This document shows, one piece after another, positions 1-9,900 of a stretch of DNA of 64,000 nt. The DNA comes from Escherichia coli (GTDB lineage Bacteria > Pseudomonadota > Gammaproteobacteria > Enterobacterales > Enterobacteriaceae). The position numbers and the translations under genes are program-made. Every line of letters begins with the position of its first letter. Position 1 is the stretch's first letter. The notes beneath the pieces are model-generated. The model saw only the letters and a program-made list of their open reading frames with translations, was not told where the DNA came from and searched no databases. Location of the stretch: the NCBI RefSeq assembly GCF_009931435.1, contig NZ_CP043414.1. One strand, written 5' to 3'.

Positions 1-153
1 AACAACATTATTAGCGCGCAGATGGATTACGCCGGTGGCGTTAAGTTCGGCATCATGCTGACTGAAATGCACGGCACACAACAAGATACGCAAGCCGCCA
101 TTGCCTGGCTGCAGGAACACCATGTAAAAGTAGAGGTACTGGGTTATGTCTGA
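1..153 (+). CDS. metN: Methionine ABC transporter ATP-binding protein MetN, C-terminal fragment (5' end outside window)
   Basis: Frame 1 reads ...[37 protein letters not shown] then TGA at 151-153; stop overlaps metI ATG (146) in ATGTCTGA, typical metNIQ coupling. Confidence 0.85.
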
Positions 154-799
154 GCCGATGATGTGGCTGCTGGTTCGTGGCGTATGGGAAACGCTGGCAA
201 TGACCTTCGTATCCGGTTTTTTTGGCTTTGTGATTGGTCTGCCGGTTGGCGTTCTGCTTTATGTCACGCGTCCGGGGCAAATTATTGCTAACGCGAAGCT
301 GTATCGTACCGTTTCTGCGATTGTGAACATTTTCCGATCCATCCCGTTCATTATCTTGCTGGTATGGATGATTCCGTTTACTCGCGTTATTGTCGGTACA
401 TCGATTGGTTTGCAGGCAGCGATTGTTCCGTTAACCGTTGGTGCAGCACCGTTTATTGCCCGTATGGTCGAGAACGCTCTGCTGGAGATCCCAACCGGGT
501 TAATTGAAGCTTCCCGCGCAATGGGTGCTACGCCGATGCAGATCGTGCGCAAAGTGCTGTTACCGGAGGCGTTGCCAGGTCTGGTGAATGCAGCAACTAT
601 CACCCTGATTACTCTGGTCGGTTATTCCGCAATGGGTGGCGCAGTCGGTGCCGGTGGTTTGGGTCAGATTGGCTATCAGTATGGCTACATCGGTTACAAC
701 GCGACGGTGATGAATACGGTACTGGTATTGCTGGTCATTCTGGTTTATTTAATTCAGTTCGCAGGCGACCGCATCGTCCGGGCTGTCACTCGCAAATAA
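146..799 (+). CDS. metI: Methionine ABC transporter permease MetI
   Basis: 217-aa ORF, hydrophobic multi-TM permease, sequence and length recognised as E. coli MetI; position between metN and metQ. Confidence 0.95.
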
Positions 800-838
800 C
801 GTTCAACACAACATAAATAATTGAAGAAGGAATAAGGT

Positions 839-1654
839 ATGGCGTTCAAATTCAAAACCTTTGCGGCAGTGGGAGCCCTGATTGGATCACTGGCACTGGT
901 AGGCTGCGGTCAGGATGAAAAAGATCCAAACCACATTAAAGTCGGCGTGATTGTTGGTGCCGAACAGCAGGTTGCAGAAGTCGCGCAGAAAGTCGCGAAA
1001 GACAAATATGGCCTGGACGTTGAGCTGGTCACCTTCAACGACTATGTTCTGCCAAACGAAGCATTGAGCAAAGGCGATATCGACGCCAACGCCTTCCAGC
1101 ATAAACCGTACCTTGATCAGCAACTGAAAGATCGTGGCTACAAACTGGTCGCAGTAGGCAACACGTTTGTGTATCCGATTGCCGGTTACTCCAAGAAAAT
1201 CAAATCGCTGGATGAACTGCAGGATGGTTCGCAGGTTGCCGTGCCAAACGACCCGACTAACCTTGGTCGTTCACTGCTGCTGCTGCAAAAAGTGGGCTTG
1301 ATCAAACTGAAAGATGGCGTTGGCCTGTTGCCAACAGTTCTTGATGTTGTTGAGAACCCAAAAAACCTGAAAATTGTTGAGCTGGAAGCACCGCAGCTGC
1401 CGCGCTCTCTGGACGATGCGCAAATCGCTCTGGCGGTTATCAACACCACCTATGCCAGCCAGATTGGCCTGACTCCGGCGAAAGACGGTATCTTTGTCGA
1501 AGATAAAGAGTCTCCGTACGTAAACCTGATCGTGACGCGTGAAGATAACAAAGACGCAGAGAATGTGAAGAAATTCGTCCAGGCTTATCAGTCTGACGAA
1601 GTTTACGAAGCAGCGAACAAAGTGTTTAACGGTGGCGCTGTTAAAGGCTGGTAA
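839..1654 (+). CDS. metQ: Methionine-binding lipoprotein MetQ (NlpA family)
   Basis: 271-aa ORF with signal peptide and lipobox LVGC; recognised MetQ sequence; RBS AAGGAA upstream. Confidence 0.95.
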   Translation: MAFKFKTFAAVGALIGSLALVGCGQDEKDPNHIKVGVIVGAEQQVAEVAQKVAKDKYGLDVELVTFNDYVLPNEALSKGDIDANAFQHKPYLDQQLKDRGYKLVAVGNTFVYPIAGYSKKIKSLDELQDGSQVAVPNDPTNLGRSLLLLQKVGLIKLKDGVGLLPTVLDVVENPKNLKIVELEAPQLPRSLDDAQIALAVINTTYASQIGLTPAKDGIFVEDKESPYVNLIVTREDNKDAENVKKFVQAYQSDEVYEAANKVFNGGAVKGW

Positions 1655-1691
1655 TTTTTAGGCTGTTTCCACAATTTGTAATATCATTCAG

Positions 1692-1720
1692 GACGGGCGC
1701 TTGCCCGTCTTGTCATTTTT
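1692..1720 (+). terminator. Intrinsic terminator downstream of metQ
   Basis: Hairpin GACGGGCGCttGCCCGTC followed by TTGTCATTTTT. Confidence 0.6.
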
Positions 1721-1771
1721 ACAAGCTCCTGATTCAATATTGACGTTTTGATCATACATTGAGGAAATACT

Positions 1772-2176
1772 ATGCGTGCTTTACCGATCTGTTTAGTAGC
1801 ACTCATGCTAAGCGGCTGTTCCATGTTAAGCAGATCCCCTGTCGAACCCGTTCAAAGCACTGCACCCCAGCCGAAAGCGGAGCCTGCAAAACCGAAAGCA
1901 CCGCGCGCCGCGCCGGTCCGAATTTATACCAATGCAGAAGAATTAGTCGGCAAACCATTCCGCGATCTCGGTGAAGTCAGTGGCGATTCTTGCCAGGCCT
2001 CTAATCAGGACTCTCCGCCGAGCATTCCAACCGCGCGTAAGCGGATGCAAATCAATGCCTCTAAAATGAAAGCCAATGCGGTATTACTGCATAGCTGCGA
2101 AGTTACCAGCGGTACGCCAGGCTGCTATCGTCAGGCTGTATGTATCGGTTCTGCGCTTAACATTACGGCGAAATGA
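1772..2176 (+). CDS. rcsF: Outer-membrane lipoprotein RcsF (Rcs phosphorelay sensor)
   Basis: 134-aa ORF, lipobox LSGC, Pro/Lys-rich linker, four Cys in C-terminal domain; recognised RcsF. Confidence 0.93.
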   Translation: MRALPICLVALMLSGCSMLSRSPVEPVQSTAPQPKAEPAKPKAPRAAPVRIYTNAEELVGKPFRDLGEVSGDSCQASNQDSPPSIPTARKRMQINASKMKANAVLLHSCEVTSGTPGCYRQAVCIGSALNITAK

Positions 2177-2880
2177 GCAGTTTCCAGTTCGAGCAAATAG
2201 GCGTTATTCGCTCGCCCTATAAAGAAAAATTCGCCGTTCCGCGCCAGCCAGGTCTGGTAAAAAGCGCCAACGGTGAACTGCATCTCATTGCTCCCTACAA
2301 CCAGGCCGACGCCGTTCGCGGCCTGGAAGCGTTTAGCCATTTATGGATCCTTTTTGTCTTTCATCAAACAATGGAAGGCGGCTGGCGTCCGACTGTGCGT
2401 CCACCGCGCCTCGGCGGTAACGCCAGAATGGGCGTTTTCGCCACACGCTCTACTTTCCGCCCTAACCCGATTGGTATGTCGCTGGTAGAGCTGAAGGAAG
2501 TTATTTGTCATAAAGATAGCGTGATTCTGAAGCTCGGCAGTCTGGATCTGGTCGATGGTACGCCGGTGGTAGATATCAAACCGTATCTTCCCTTTGCCGA
2601 ATCGCTTCCTGATGCCAGTGCCAGCTATGCGCAAAGTGCACCAGCGGCAGAGATGGCGGTGAGTTTTACCTTAGAGGTCGAAAAGCAGCTTTTGACATTG
2701 GAGAAGCGCTATCCGCAGTTAACGCTGTTTATCCGCGAAGTACTGGCGCAGGACCCGCGTCCAGCCTATCGTAAAGGTGAGGAAACGGGCAAAACCTATG
2801 CCGTCTGGCTGCATAATTTTAACGTTCGCTGGCGCGTCACCGACGCTGGTTTTGAAGTCTTTGCGCTGGAACCGCGTTAA
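2173..2880 (+). CDS. trmO: tRNA (adenine37-N6)-methyltransferase TrmO (YaeB/TsaA family)
   Basis: 235-aa ORF overlapping rcsF stop by 4 nt; recognised YaeB sequence. Confidence 0.9.
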   Translation: MSSFQFEQIGVIRSPYKEKFAVPRQPGLVKSANGELHLIAPYNQADAVRGLEAFSHLWILFVFHQTMEGGWRPTVRPPRLGGNARMGVFATRSTFRPNPIGMSLVELKEVICHKDSVILKLGSLDLVDGTPVVDIKPYLPFAESLPDASASYAQSAPAAEMAVSFTLEVEKQLLTLEKRYPQLTLFIREVLAQDPRPAYRKGEETGKTYAVWLHNFNVRWRVTDAGFEVFALEPR

Positions 2881-2990
2881 ATTCGCGCCCTTCTCTTTTG
2901 ACATTTCTTTTGCACTGGTAAACTAAATCACTTTTTTTGTCCCAGGCTCGCCTTGAGCCTGCTCTACCTTCCAACTGGAACCGTAACAAC

Positions 2991-4709
2991 ATGCGTACTA
3001 GCCAATACCTGCTCTCCACTCTTAAGGAGACACCTGCCGACGCCGAGGTGATCAGCCATCAGCTGATGTTGCGCGCCGGGATGATCCGCAAGCTGGCCTC
3101 CGGGTTATACACCTGGCTGCCGACCGGCGTGCGCGTTCTGAAAAAAGTCGAAAACATCGTGCGTGAAGAGATGAACAACGCCGGTGCGATCGAGGTGTTA
3201 ATGCCGGTGGTTCAGCCATCTGAACTGTGGCAAGAGAGTGGTCGTTGGGAACAGTATGGCCCGGAATTGCTGCGTATTGCTGACCGTGGTGACCGTCCGT
3301 TCGTACTTGGCCCAACTCATGAAGAAGTGATTACCGACCTGATTCGTAACGAGCTGAGCTCTTACAAACAGCTGCCGCTGAACTTCTATCAGATCCAGAC
3401 CAAGTTCCGTGATGAAGTGCGCCCGCGTTTCGGCGTCATGCGTTCCCGCGAATTCCTGATGAAAGATGCTTACTCTTTCCATACCTCTCAGGAATCCCTG
3501 CAGGAAACCTACGATGCAATGTATGCGGCCTACAGCAAAATCTTCAGCCGCATGGGGCTGGATTTCCGCGCCGTACAGGCCGACACCGGTTCTATCGGCG
3601 GTAGCGCCTCTCACGAATTCCAGGTGCTGGCGCAGAGCGGTGAAGACGATGTGGTCTTCTCCGACACCTCTGACTATGCAGCGAACATTGAGCTGGCAGA
3701 AGCTATCGCGCCGAAAGAACCGCGCGCTGCTGCTACCCAGGAAATGACGCTGGTTGATACGCCGAACGCGAAAACCATCGCGGAACTGGTTGAACAGTTC
3801 AATCTGCCGATTGAGAAAACGGTGAAGACTCTGCTGGTTAAAGCGGTTGAAGGCAGTAGCTTCCCGCTGGTTGCGCTGCTGGTGCGTGGTGACCACGAGC
3901 TGAACGAAGTTAAAGCAGAAAAACTGCCGCAGGTTGCAAGCCCGCTGACTTTCGCGACTGAAGAAGAAATTCGTGCGGTGGTTAAAGCCGGTCCGGGTTC
4001 ACTGGGTCCGGTAAACATGCCGATTCCGGTAGTAATTGACCGTACTGTTGCGGCGATGAGTGATTTTGCTGCTGGTGCTAACATCGATGGCAAACACTAC
4101 TTCGGTATCAACTGGGATCGCGATGTCGCAACCCCGGAAGTTGCGGATATCCGTAACGTAGTGGCTGGCGATCCAAGCCCGGATGGCCAGGGTACGCTGC
4201 TGATCAAACGTGGTATCGAAGTCGGTCACATCTTCCAGCTGGGTACTAAGTACTCCGAAGCACTTAAAGCCTCCGTTCAGGGTGAAGATGGCCGTAATCA
4301 GATCCTGACTATGGGTTGCTACGGTATTGGCGTAACGCGCGTAGTAGCGGCGGCAATTGAACAGAACTACGACGAACGCGGCATCGTATGGCCTGACGCT
4401 ATCGCACCTTTCCAGGTGGCGATTCTGCCGATGAATATGCACAAATCCTTCCGCGTACAGGAGCTGGCTGAGAAACTGTATAGCGAACTGCGCGCACAGG
4501 GTATCGAAGTGCTGCTGGATGATCGCAAAGAACGTCCGGGCGTGATGTTTGCTGATATGGAACTGATCGGTATTCCGCACACTATCGTGTTGGGTGACCG
4601 TAACCTCGACAACGACGATATCGAATACAAATACCGTCGTAACGGTGAGAAACAGTTAATTAAGACCGGTGACATCGTCGATTATCTGGTGAAACAGATT
4701 AAAGGCTGA
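2991..4709 (+). CDS. proS: Prolyl-tRNA synthetase
   Basis: ORF track gives 590 aa from an upstream start; canonical ProS (572 aa) begins at internal [23 protein letters not shown]; class II aaRS motifs. Confidence 0.95.
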   Translation: MRTSQYLLSTLKETPADAEVISHQLMLRAGMIRKLASGLYTWLPTGVRVLKKVENIVREEMNNAGAIEVLMPVVQPSELWQESGRWEQYGPELLRIADRGDRPFVLGPTHEEVITDLIRNELSSYKQLPLNFYQIQTKFRDEVRPRFGVMRSREFLMKDAYSFHTSQESLQETYDAMYAAYSKIFSRMGLDFRAVQADTGSIGGSASHEFQVLAQSGEDDVVFSDTSDYAANIELAEAIAPKEPRAAATQEMTLVDTPNAKTIAELVEQFNLPIEKTVKTLLVKAVEGSSFPLVALLVRGDHELNEVKAEKLPQVASPLTFATEEEIRAVVKAGPGSLGPVNMPIPVVIDRTVAAMSDFAAGANIDGKHYFGINWDRDVATPEVADIRNVVAGDPSPDGQGTLLIKRGIEVGHIFQLGTKYSEALKASVQGEDGRNQILTMGCYGIGVTRVVAAAIEQNYDERGIVWPDAIAPFQVAILPMNMHKSFRVQELAEKLYSELRAQGIEVLLDDRKERPGVMFADMELIGIPHTIVLGDRNLDNDDIEYKYRRNGEKQLIKTGDIVDYLVKQIKG

Positions 4710-4718
4710 TGCCAGAAA

Positions 4719-4746
4719 GGGTCCTGAATTTCAGGACCCTTTTTTA
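4719..4746 (+). terminator. Intrinsic terminator downstream of proS
   Basis: Hairpin GGGTCCTGAAatTTCAGGACCC followed by TTTTTT. Confidence 0.7.
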
Positions 4747-4761
4747 CATGGATTGTATAAA

Positions 4762-5586
4762 ATGGATAAACCAAAGGCGCATTGCCGCCTGCTTCTCCCC
4801 TGCTTTCTTTCACTTTCGGCCTGTACCGTTGATATCAGCCAGCCAGACTCATCAGCCACAGCGGTAGATACCGAGGCAAAAACATGGGCAGTCAAATTCC
4901 AGCATCAAAGCTCTTTCACCGAACAATCAATAAAAGAAATAACAGAACCTGATCTCAAACCCGGCGATTTACTGTTCTCCTCAAGCCTCGGGGTAACCTC
5001 ATTTGGTATCCGCGTCTTCAGCACTTCCTCAGTGAGCCACGTTGCAATCTTTTTGGGAGATAATAACGTTGCAGAAGCGACAGGAGATGGCGTCCAGATT
5101 GTTTCCCTTAAAAAAGCGATGAAGCATAGTGATAAGCTTTTCGTCTTACGAGTCCCGGATCTTACCCCGCAACAAGCCACAGAAATTACCGCGTTTGCCA
5201 ATAAAATCAAAGATAGCGGTTATAACTATCGCGGCATTGTCGAATTTATTCCATTTATGGTGACTCGCCAGATGTGCTCACTGAATCCGTTCTCCGAGGA
5301 TTTTCGCCAACAGTGCGTCAGCGGCCTGGCGAAAGCGCAGTTAAGCAGTGTGAGCGAAGGAGACAAAAAGTCGTGGTTTTGTTCGGAATTTGTCACTGAT
5401 GCATTTGCCAAAGCCGGACATCCGCTTACGCTGGCACAGTCTGGCTGGATTAGCCCTGCCGATCTGATGCATATGCGTACTGGCGATGTCTCTGCGTTTA
5501 AGCCAGAAACGCAATTAGAGTATATTGGGCACTTGAAGCCAGGGATTTATATCAAAGCGGGTCGCTTCGTTGGGTTGACTCAGTGA
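4762..5586 (+). CDS. yaeF: Lipoprotein YaeF, permuted NlpC/P60 (C40) peptidase family, function unknown
   Basis: 274 aa from MDKPKAH...; lipobox LSLSAC; His (SHVAIF) precedes Cys (WFCSEF) consistent with permuted papain-like order; GC lower than neighbours. Confidence 0.85.
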   Translation: MDKPKAHCRLLLPCFLSLSACTVDISQPDSSATAVDTEAKTWAVKFQHQSSFTEQSIKEITEPDLKPGDLLFSSSLGVTSFGIRVFSTSSVSHVAIFLGDNNVAEATGDGVQIVSLKKAMKHSDKLFVLRVPDLTPQQATEITAFANKIKDSGYNYRGIVEFIPFMVTRQMCSLNPFSEDFRQQCVSGLAKAQLSSVSEGDKKSWFCSEFVTDAFAKAGHPLTLAQSGWISPADLMHMRTGDVSAFKPETQLEYIGHLKPGIYIKAGRFVGLTQ

Positions 5587-5612
5587 TAAAAGCCAGCCTC
5601 GTCCACAAAATA

Positions 5613-5711
5613 CCGGATGAGGCGTGAGCGCCTTACCCGGCCTACAAAATCGTGCTAATACAAAATGTTGCATTATTGGCTGTAGGCCTGATAAGCGCTG
5701 CGCATCAGGCA
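5613..5711. repeat. REP/BIME element (two inverted REP units) between yaeF and nlpE
   Basis: CCGGATGAGGCGTGAGCGCCTTACCCGGCCTACA and TGTAGGCCTGATAAGCGCTGCGCATCAGGCA: canonical REP palindromes in opposite orientation. Confidence 0.7.
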
Positions 5712-5741
5712 ATTTTTCGTTTGTTTCTGTCTCACGATGGC

Positions 5742-6452
5742 TTACTGCCCCAAACTACTGCAATCCTGGTGCGGGTAAAATTTACCTGCCGTATCGGGCG
5801 CAAATACTTTGGTCGGCGCACCAGTATCCGGATTAGCCTCAAGCGTAAAGTGACCTTCTACTGACAGTAACACTGGTTTCTCGCTGTTGCCGCGGGCAGC
5901 CAAATAGCCCCGTTCCAGCTCAGCGTTATTCGCTACCATGAAACGTTTTCCGGTCGCACAATCAGTAAAGGTTGCCGCATCAGCCATATAAAAATACATG
6001 CCGCGTAGAGTCATCGGCGTCACTGGCAGGCTGGATTTTGCCGGTTCCAGTGTATAGTTGAACTGCGATTCGATCGGATTGCCTTCACGATCGAGCATCT
6101 CCAACGCATCTCCTTTCGCCCGATAATATGACTTTTCACCTTTACTGTCGGTTAATACCAGTTTGTCAGCGGTTCGCGCCCATGTACCGTAGGAGGCGAA
6201 AGAGGAAGGCTCTTCACGCGCGCCCAGATAACGCTCATTCATCACCCAGGTTCCATCTTTTTCGAGGAACAGAGAGGTTTCGATACCTTCGCAATCAGCA
6301 CACGGCAGCACGCCGCGCCAGCTTTGCGGCATCGGCTTCAGTTCAGCGGCCTGCGCCGGAGAAAGCGTATCGACTTCGGCTCGATTATTACATCCCATCA
6401 GAGTAAAGAGGCTGATTACAGCCATCGCTGTCACTATCGCTTTTTTCACCAT
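5742..6452 (-). CDS. nlpE: Outer-membrane lipoprotein NlpE (CutF), Cpx pathway activator
   Basis: 236-aa ORF, lipobox LMGC, CxxC motif; recognised NlpE. Confidence 0.93.
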   Translation of the reverse strand: MVKKAIVTAMAVISLFTLMGCNNRAEVDTLSPAQAAELKPMPQSWRGVLPCADCEGIETSLFLEKDGTWVMNERYLGAREEPSSFASYGTWARTADKLVLTDSKGEKSYYRAKGDALEMLDREGNPIESQFNYTLEPAKSSLPVTPMTLRGMYFYMADAATFTDCATGKRFMVANNAELERGYLAARGNSEKPVLLSVEGHFTLEANPDTGAPTKVFAPDTAGKFYPHQDCSSLGQ

Positions 6453-6465
6453 CCATTCCTTCTTT

Positions 6466-6888
6466 TTATTCCCGACCGCCGCGCACTTTGCCGCGCAACG
6501 CCTTCACGCTTGATTTTTGTGCTTTCGATACCAGCCTGCGCTCTTTTGATGCGCGGGTAGGTCGTGTCGGTCGCCGGTTTTTTTGTTCTGTTGTTAATTC
6601 TTTAATCACTGCCACCAGCCGAGCCAGCGCCGCTTCGCGGTTCAGTTCCTGGCTGCGGTATTCCTGTGCCTTGATGACTATCACTCCATCGCTGCTAATC
6701 AGATGATGGCTGGCAGCGAGCAGGCGCTCTTTGTAATACTCTGGCAGGCTGGACGCTCGAATGTCAAAACGCAGATGAATAGCCGTTGAGGTCTTATTAA
6801 CATGCTGTCCGCCCGCGCCCTGTGCACGAATAGCAGTGATCTCAAACTCGCCATCGGGGATAGCAACATGTCGGGAAATCATAATCAT
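6466..6888 (-). CDS. arfB: Peptidyl-tRNA hydrolase ArfB (YaeJ), ribosome rescue factor
   Basis: 140-aa ORF with GGQ motif ([10 protein letters not shown]) and basic C-terminal tail; recognised ArfB. Confidence 0.93.
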   Translation of the reverse strand: MIMISRHVAIPDGEFEITAIRAQGAGGQHVNKTSTAIHLRFDIRASSLPEYYKERLLAASHHLISSDGVIVIKAQEYRSQELNREAALARLVAVIKELTTEQKNRRPTRPTRASKERRLVSKAQKSSVKALRGKVRGGRE

Positions 6889-7430
6889 GAAGGTTGTTGC
6901 CAGGCGATTAAATTTACTTCCAGATTATTCTTATCATCCGATAACCAAATCACCCCATCCTGAATCGTTGCCTGCAGCGTCATGGTACGATCGGCAAAGG
7001 CGCTCACTTTTGCCAGTTGCTCGTCGTCCAGATACCAGACAGAAAGATTGGCAAACTGCGCACATTTGCTCTGATTTTGCTGCCACCAGATTTGCGCCGC
7101 CCGACTATTATAGGCAAACAGCGCCACTTCTGCGGCCTGGGTGCAGGCTTTCTTAATCCGCCGCTCATCCGGCAGCCCCAGTTCAATCCACAAATCAATG
7201 CCCAGATGATCATTACGCAGCCACGCTTCCGGCTCATCATCGGCACACAAACCTCGGGTAAATTGCAGACGTTCATCAGCATATTTCAGCCACGCCAGCA
7301 GGCGCAGCATCATGCGCTCCTGGGTTTCTGAAGGATGGCGCGCCAGCGTCAGAGAGGCATCGAGAAACTGGTTGCGGTCGAGATCGGCCACATTAACCGT
7401 CGCTTTATAAATTGTCGCTTTAAGCGCCAT
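6885..7430 (-). CDS. yaeQ: Conserved protein YaeQ
   Basis: 181-aa ORF, start overlaps nothing, stop overlaps arfB start by 4 nt; recognised YaeQ. Confidence 0.9.
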   Translation of the reverse strand: MALKATIYKATVNVADLDRNQFLDASLTLARHPSETQERMMLRLLAWLKYADERLQFTRGLCADDEPEAWLRNDHLGIDLWIELGLPDERRIKKACTQAAEVALFAYNSRAAQIWWQQNQSKCAQFANLSVWYLDDEQLAKVSAFADRTMTLQATIQDGVIWLSDDKNNLEVNLIAWQQPS

Positions 7431-7595
7431 AAGAAAACTCCTTTCGAATCAGGAGGCCATTGTAACGGAATACATGCAGTTGCGGCGCTGATATTGCAGA
7501 AATGAGTGTGGTATAGTCACCTTGCGAAACAGAGTTTATCTTCGTAGGCTTAGACTTGCATCCACGGTTAAGTCAGAGTGCTGACAGGAGGGCAT

Positions 7596-7796
7596 GTGGA
7601 AAAATATTGTGAGTTAATACGCAAGCGGTACGCGGAAATCGCCAGCGGAGACTTAGGATACGTTCCGGACGCGCTGGGCTGCGTTTTGAAAGTGCTGAAT
7701 GAAATGGCTGCCGACGATGCCCTTTCTGAGGCTGTCAGGGAAAAAGCAGCATACGCTGCGGCAAACTTACTGGTGAGCGATTATGTCAATGAATGA
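7596..7796 (+). CDS. yaeP: Small protein YaeP (UPF0253)
   Basis: 66 codons from GTG at 7596 preceded by AGGAGG (7585-7590); sequence [23 protein letters not shown]... recognised. Confidence 0.85.
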
Positions 7797-8043
7797 TACG
7801 TATCAACCAATCAATTGTGATGATTACGATAATCTTGAGCTCGCCTGCCAGCATCATTTAATGCTGACACTTGAGCTGAAAGATGGCGAAAAACTGCAGG
7901 GGAAGGCCAGCGATTTAGTCTCCCGCAAAAATGTGGAATATCTGGTCGTTGAAGCTGCTGGCGAAACCCGCGAGCTACGCCTGGATAAAATTACCAGCTT
8001 TAGCCACCCGGAAATTGGTACGGTGGTGGTGAGCGAGTCCTGA
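7789..8043 (+). CDS. rof: Rho-binding antiterminator Rof (YaeO)
   Basis: 84 aa from [20 protein letters not shown]...; overlaps yaeP 3' end; recognised Rof. Confidence 0.88.
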
Positions 8044-8052
8044 TTGACTTTC

Positions 8053-8085
8053 GCCGGATGCGACGTTTGAAGCGTCTTATCCGGC
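8053..8085. repeat. REP element between rof and tilS (convergent gene ends)
   Basis: GCCGGATGCGACGTTTGAAGCGTCTTATCCGGC, canonical REP palindrome. Confidence 0.65.
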
Positions 8086-8091
8086 TTTCAC

Positions 8092-9390
8092 TTAACTAAG
8101 CGTTTTCTTCCAGACAAAACTTACGCCATTCTCACCTTCGGCCACACCTTCTTGCGTCACAAATACCTCTGCCGCTGCAATCAGCGTTTCGCCATAAAAC
8201 AGCAGTGGCGTGGTGTCACGCAGCCACGGCGGTACGCCCAGTTCCTGCCAGATTTTCTTTAGCTTACGTCCGCCGTTGCGGCCGACAATATGCAGCAATC
8301 CTGGCGCTTTGAAACGCACGCTGACCGCTTCGTCTGCACGCGGAGGGCGAATATCGCCTCCCGCAGTAAGTTGTACACTTCCCAGCGCCGCCGGTAATTC
8401 CAGCGGTTGTAGCCACGTCTGCCACGGCACAATGGTTTCGCTTTGCCCAGTGACGGATTTAATCCACCACAGTTGCGACTGATAGCGGCGGATTTCAAAC
8501 GCACCCAAACGTAAACAGGGGGAAGCATCTTCTCGCGCCAGCGCCACTTCCTGCCAGATCCTCACCAACGCGTCGCGGGAAGGCATCGGTGCATTCTGCC
8601 CTGCCAGCCAGCGGCGGATAATCGCCGCGCGACGGGCATCACTCATCGCCAGCATTGGCGCAATCTGCAGCGTCCCCTGCGGCGTTTGACAGTGTGCTAA
8701 ATCATCTGCCAGCAGTTCATCCAGCAGGCTCTCTTGCTCAGCACAAAGTGCAGCGCTGCGGGCCGTTGCTTCGGCAAAATGCGGCCAACGCTGCTGCAAT
8801 AACGGCACTACGCGCAGGCGCAGGAAGTTACGATCGTATGAGTCGTCCTGATTACTTTCGTCTTCAATCCAACGTAAACCATGCGCCAACGCCCACTGCT
8901 CCAGTTCTCCCCGTGTGCGGGCGAGCAACGGGCGGATCAGCCGCGTTCCGGCAAACTCCGAGACTTCCGCCATAGCCGAAAGCCCTGCAGGGCCGCTACC
9001 ACGTTTTAACGCCAGCAGAAACGTTTCACATTGATCGTCGAGATGTTGCGCTGTAACCAGCACTTCACCAGGTAACAGGGTACGAGCAAATGCCTGATAA
9101 CGTGCCTGCCGCGCCTGCGCCTCAATACCTAGCCCCTCTTGCGCAAGTTGCACACGCTCAACCACCAGCGGCACCTGCCACTGCTGGCAGATATTTTCAC
9201 AATGTTTCACCCAAGCATCAGCGTTGGCACTTAAACCGTGATGCACATGAATAGCGCGCAGGGTGACGCCCGGATTTTCCGTCCGCCACTGCACCAACTG
9301 ATGCAGCAGAACGGTGGAGTCAAGCCCGCCGCTAAAGGCCACCAGAATCTGGCGTGAGATGAGAAGTTGTCTATTGAGCGTGAGTGTCAT
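8092..9390 (-). CDS. tilS: tRNA(Ile)-lysidine synthetase TilS (MesJ)
   Basis: 432-aa ORF with PP-loop SGGxDS ([12 protein letters not shown]); recognised TilS. Confidence 0.95.
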   Translation of the reverse strand: MTLTLNRQLLISRQILVAFSGGLDSTVLLHQLVQWRTENPGVTLRAIHVHHGLSANADAWVKHCENICQQWQVPLVVERVQLAQEGLGIEAQARQARYQAFARTLLPGEVLVTAQHLDDQCETFLLALKRGSGPAGLSAMAEVSEFAGTRLIRPLLARTRGELEQWALAHGLRWIEDESNQDDSYDRNFLRLRVVPLLQQRWPHFAEATARSAALCAEQESLLDELLADDLAHCQTPQGTLQIAPMLAMSDARRAAIIRRWLAGQNAPMPSRDALVRIWQEVALAREDASPCLRLGAFEIRRYQSQLWWIKSVTGQSETIVPWQTWLQPLELPAALGSVQLTAGGDIRPPRADEAVSVRFKAPGLLHIVGRNGGRKLKKIWQELGVPPWLRDTTPLLFYGETLIAAAEVFVTQEGVAEGENGVSFVWKKTLS

Positions 9391-9454
9391 GATGGTGCGA
9401 TTTTACAGTAGCAATGCCCGGCACGTTACCGGGCAAATGTGGCGATGACAAGCC

Positions 9455-9844
9455 TTACTGCTCATACAGTTCCAGCGGCAGCCCGTCAGGATCGTTAAAG
9501 AACGTGAAGCGTTTTTGCGTATACGGGTCGACACGTATGGCTTCACATTTCACGTTATGGCTTTCAAGATGCGCCACTGCCGCATCGATATCATCAACGC
9601 TAAAAGCCAGATGACGCAGGCCGCAAGCTTCCGGTCGGCTGGGGCGCTCCGGCGGGAACGGAAATGAGAAAAGCTCAATCACATATTGCCCATTAAGCGC
9701 CAAATCCCCTTTCCACGAATCGCGCGCTTCGCGATAGACTTCGCTTTGCAGCGTGAAACCGAGAATATCGCAGTAGAAAGCTTTGCTCACCGCATAATCC
9801 GTCGCAATAATCGCAATATGATGAACTTGTTTTAAACCCAGCAT
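9455..9844 (-). CDS. yaeR: VOC/glyoxalase-family protein YaeR
   Basis: 129 aa from internal ATG (MLGLKQVHHIAIIATDY...); ORF track's 138-aa form starts 9 codons upstream. Confidence 0.85.
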   Translation of the reverse strand: MLGLKQVHHIAIIATDYAVSKAFYCDILGFTLQSEVYREARDSWKGDLALNGQYVIELFSFPFPPERPSRPEACGLRHLAFSVDDIDAAVAHLESHNVKCEAIRVDPYTQKRFTFFNDPDGLPLELYEQ

Positions 9845-9900
9845 AACGTCTCCTTTATTTGTTAACAGCACGTTACTCGCCCGGAAGCCGCTCTGGCAAG

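Noticed and set aside
2937-2990. 18-codon N-terminal extension of proS in the ORF track (590 aa)
   Set aside because: Conserved ProS begins at the internal ATG (MRTSQYLL...); the extension would start inside the promoter and leader region.
5613-5711. REP/BIME palindromes considered as IS or MITE ends
   Set aside because: They match canonical REP units, are about 35 bp each, lack terminal inverted repeats flanking a transposase, and sit at convergent gene ends as REPs usually do.
9415-9433. Hairpin GCCCGGcacgttaCCGGGC between yaeR and tilS as a terminator
   Set aside because: No U-tract on the transcribed strand and tilS starts 25 nt downstream; more likely a leader structure or processing site.
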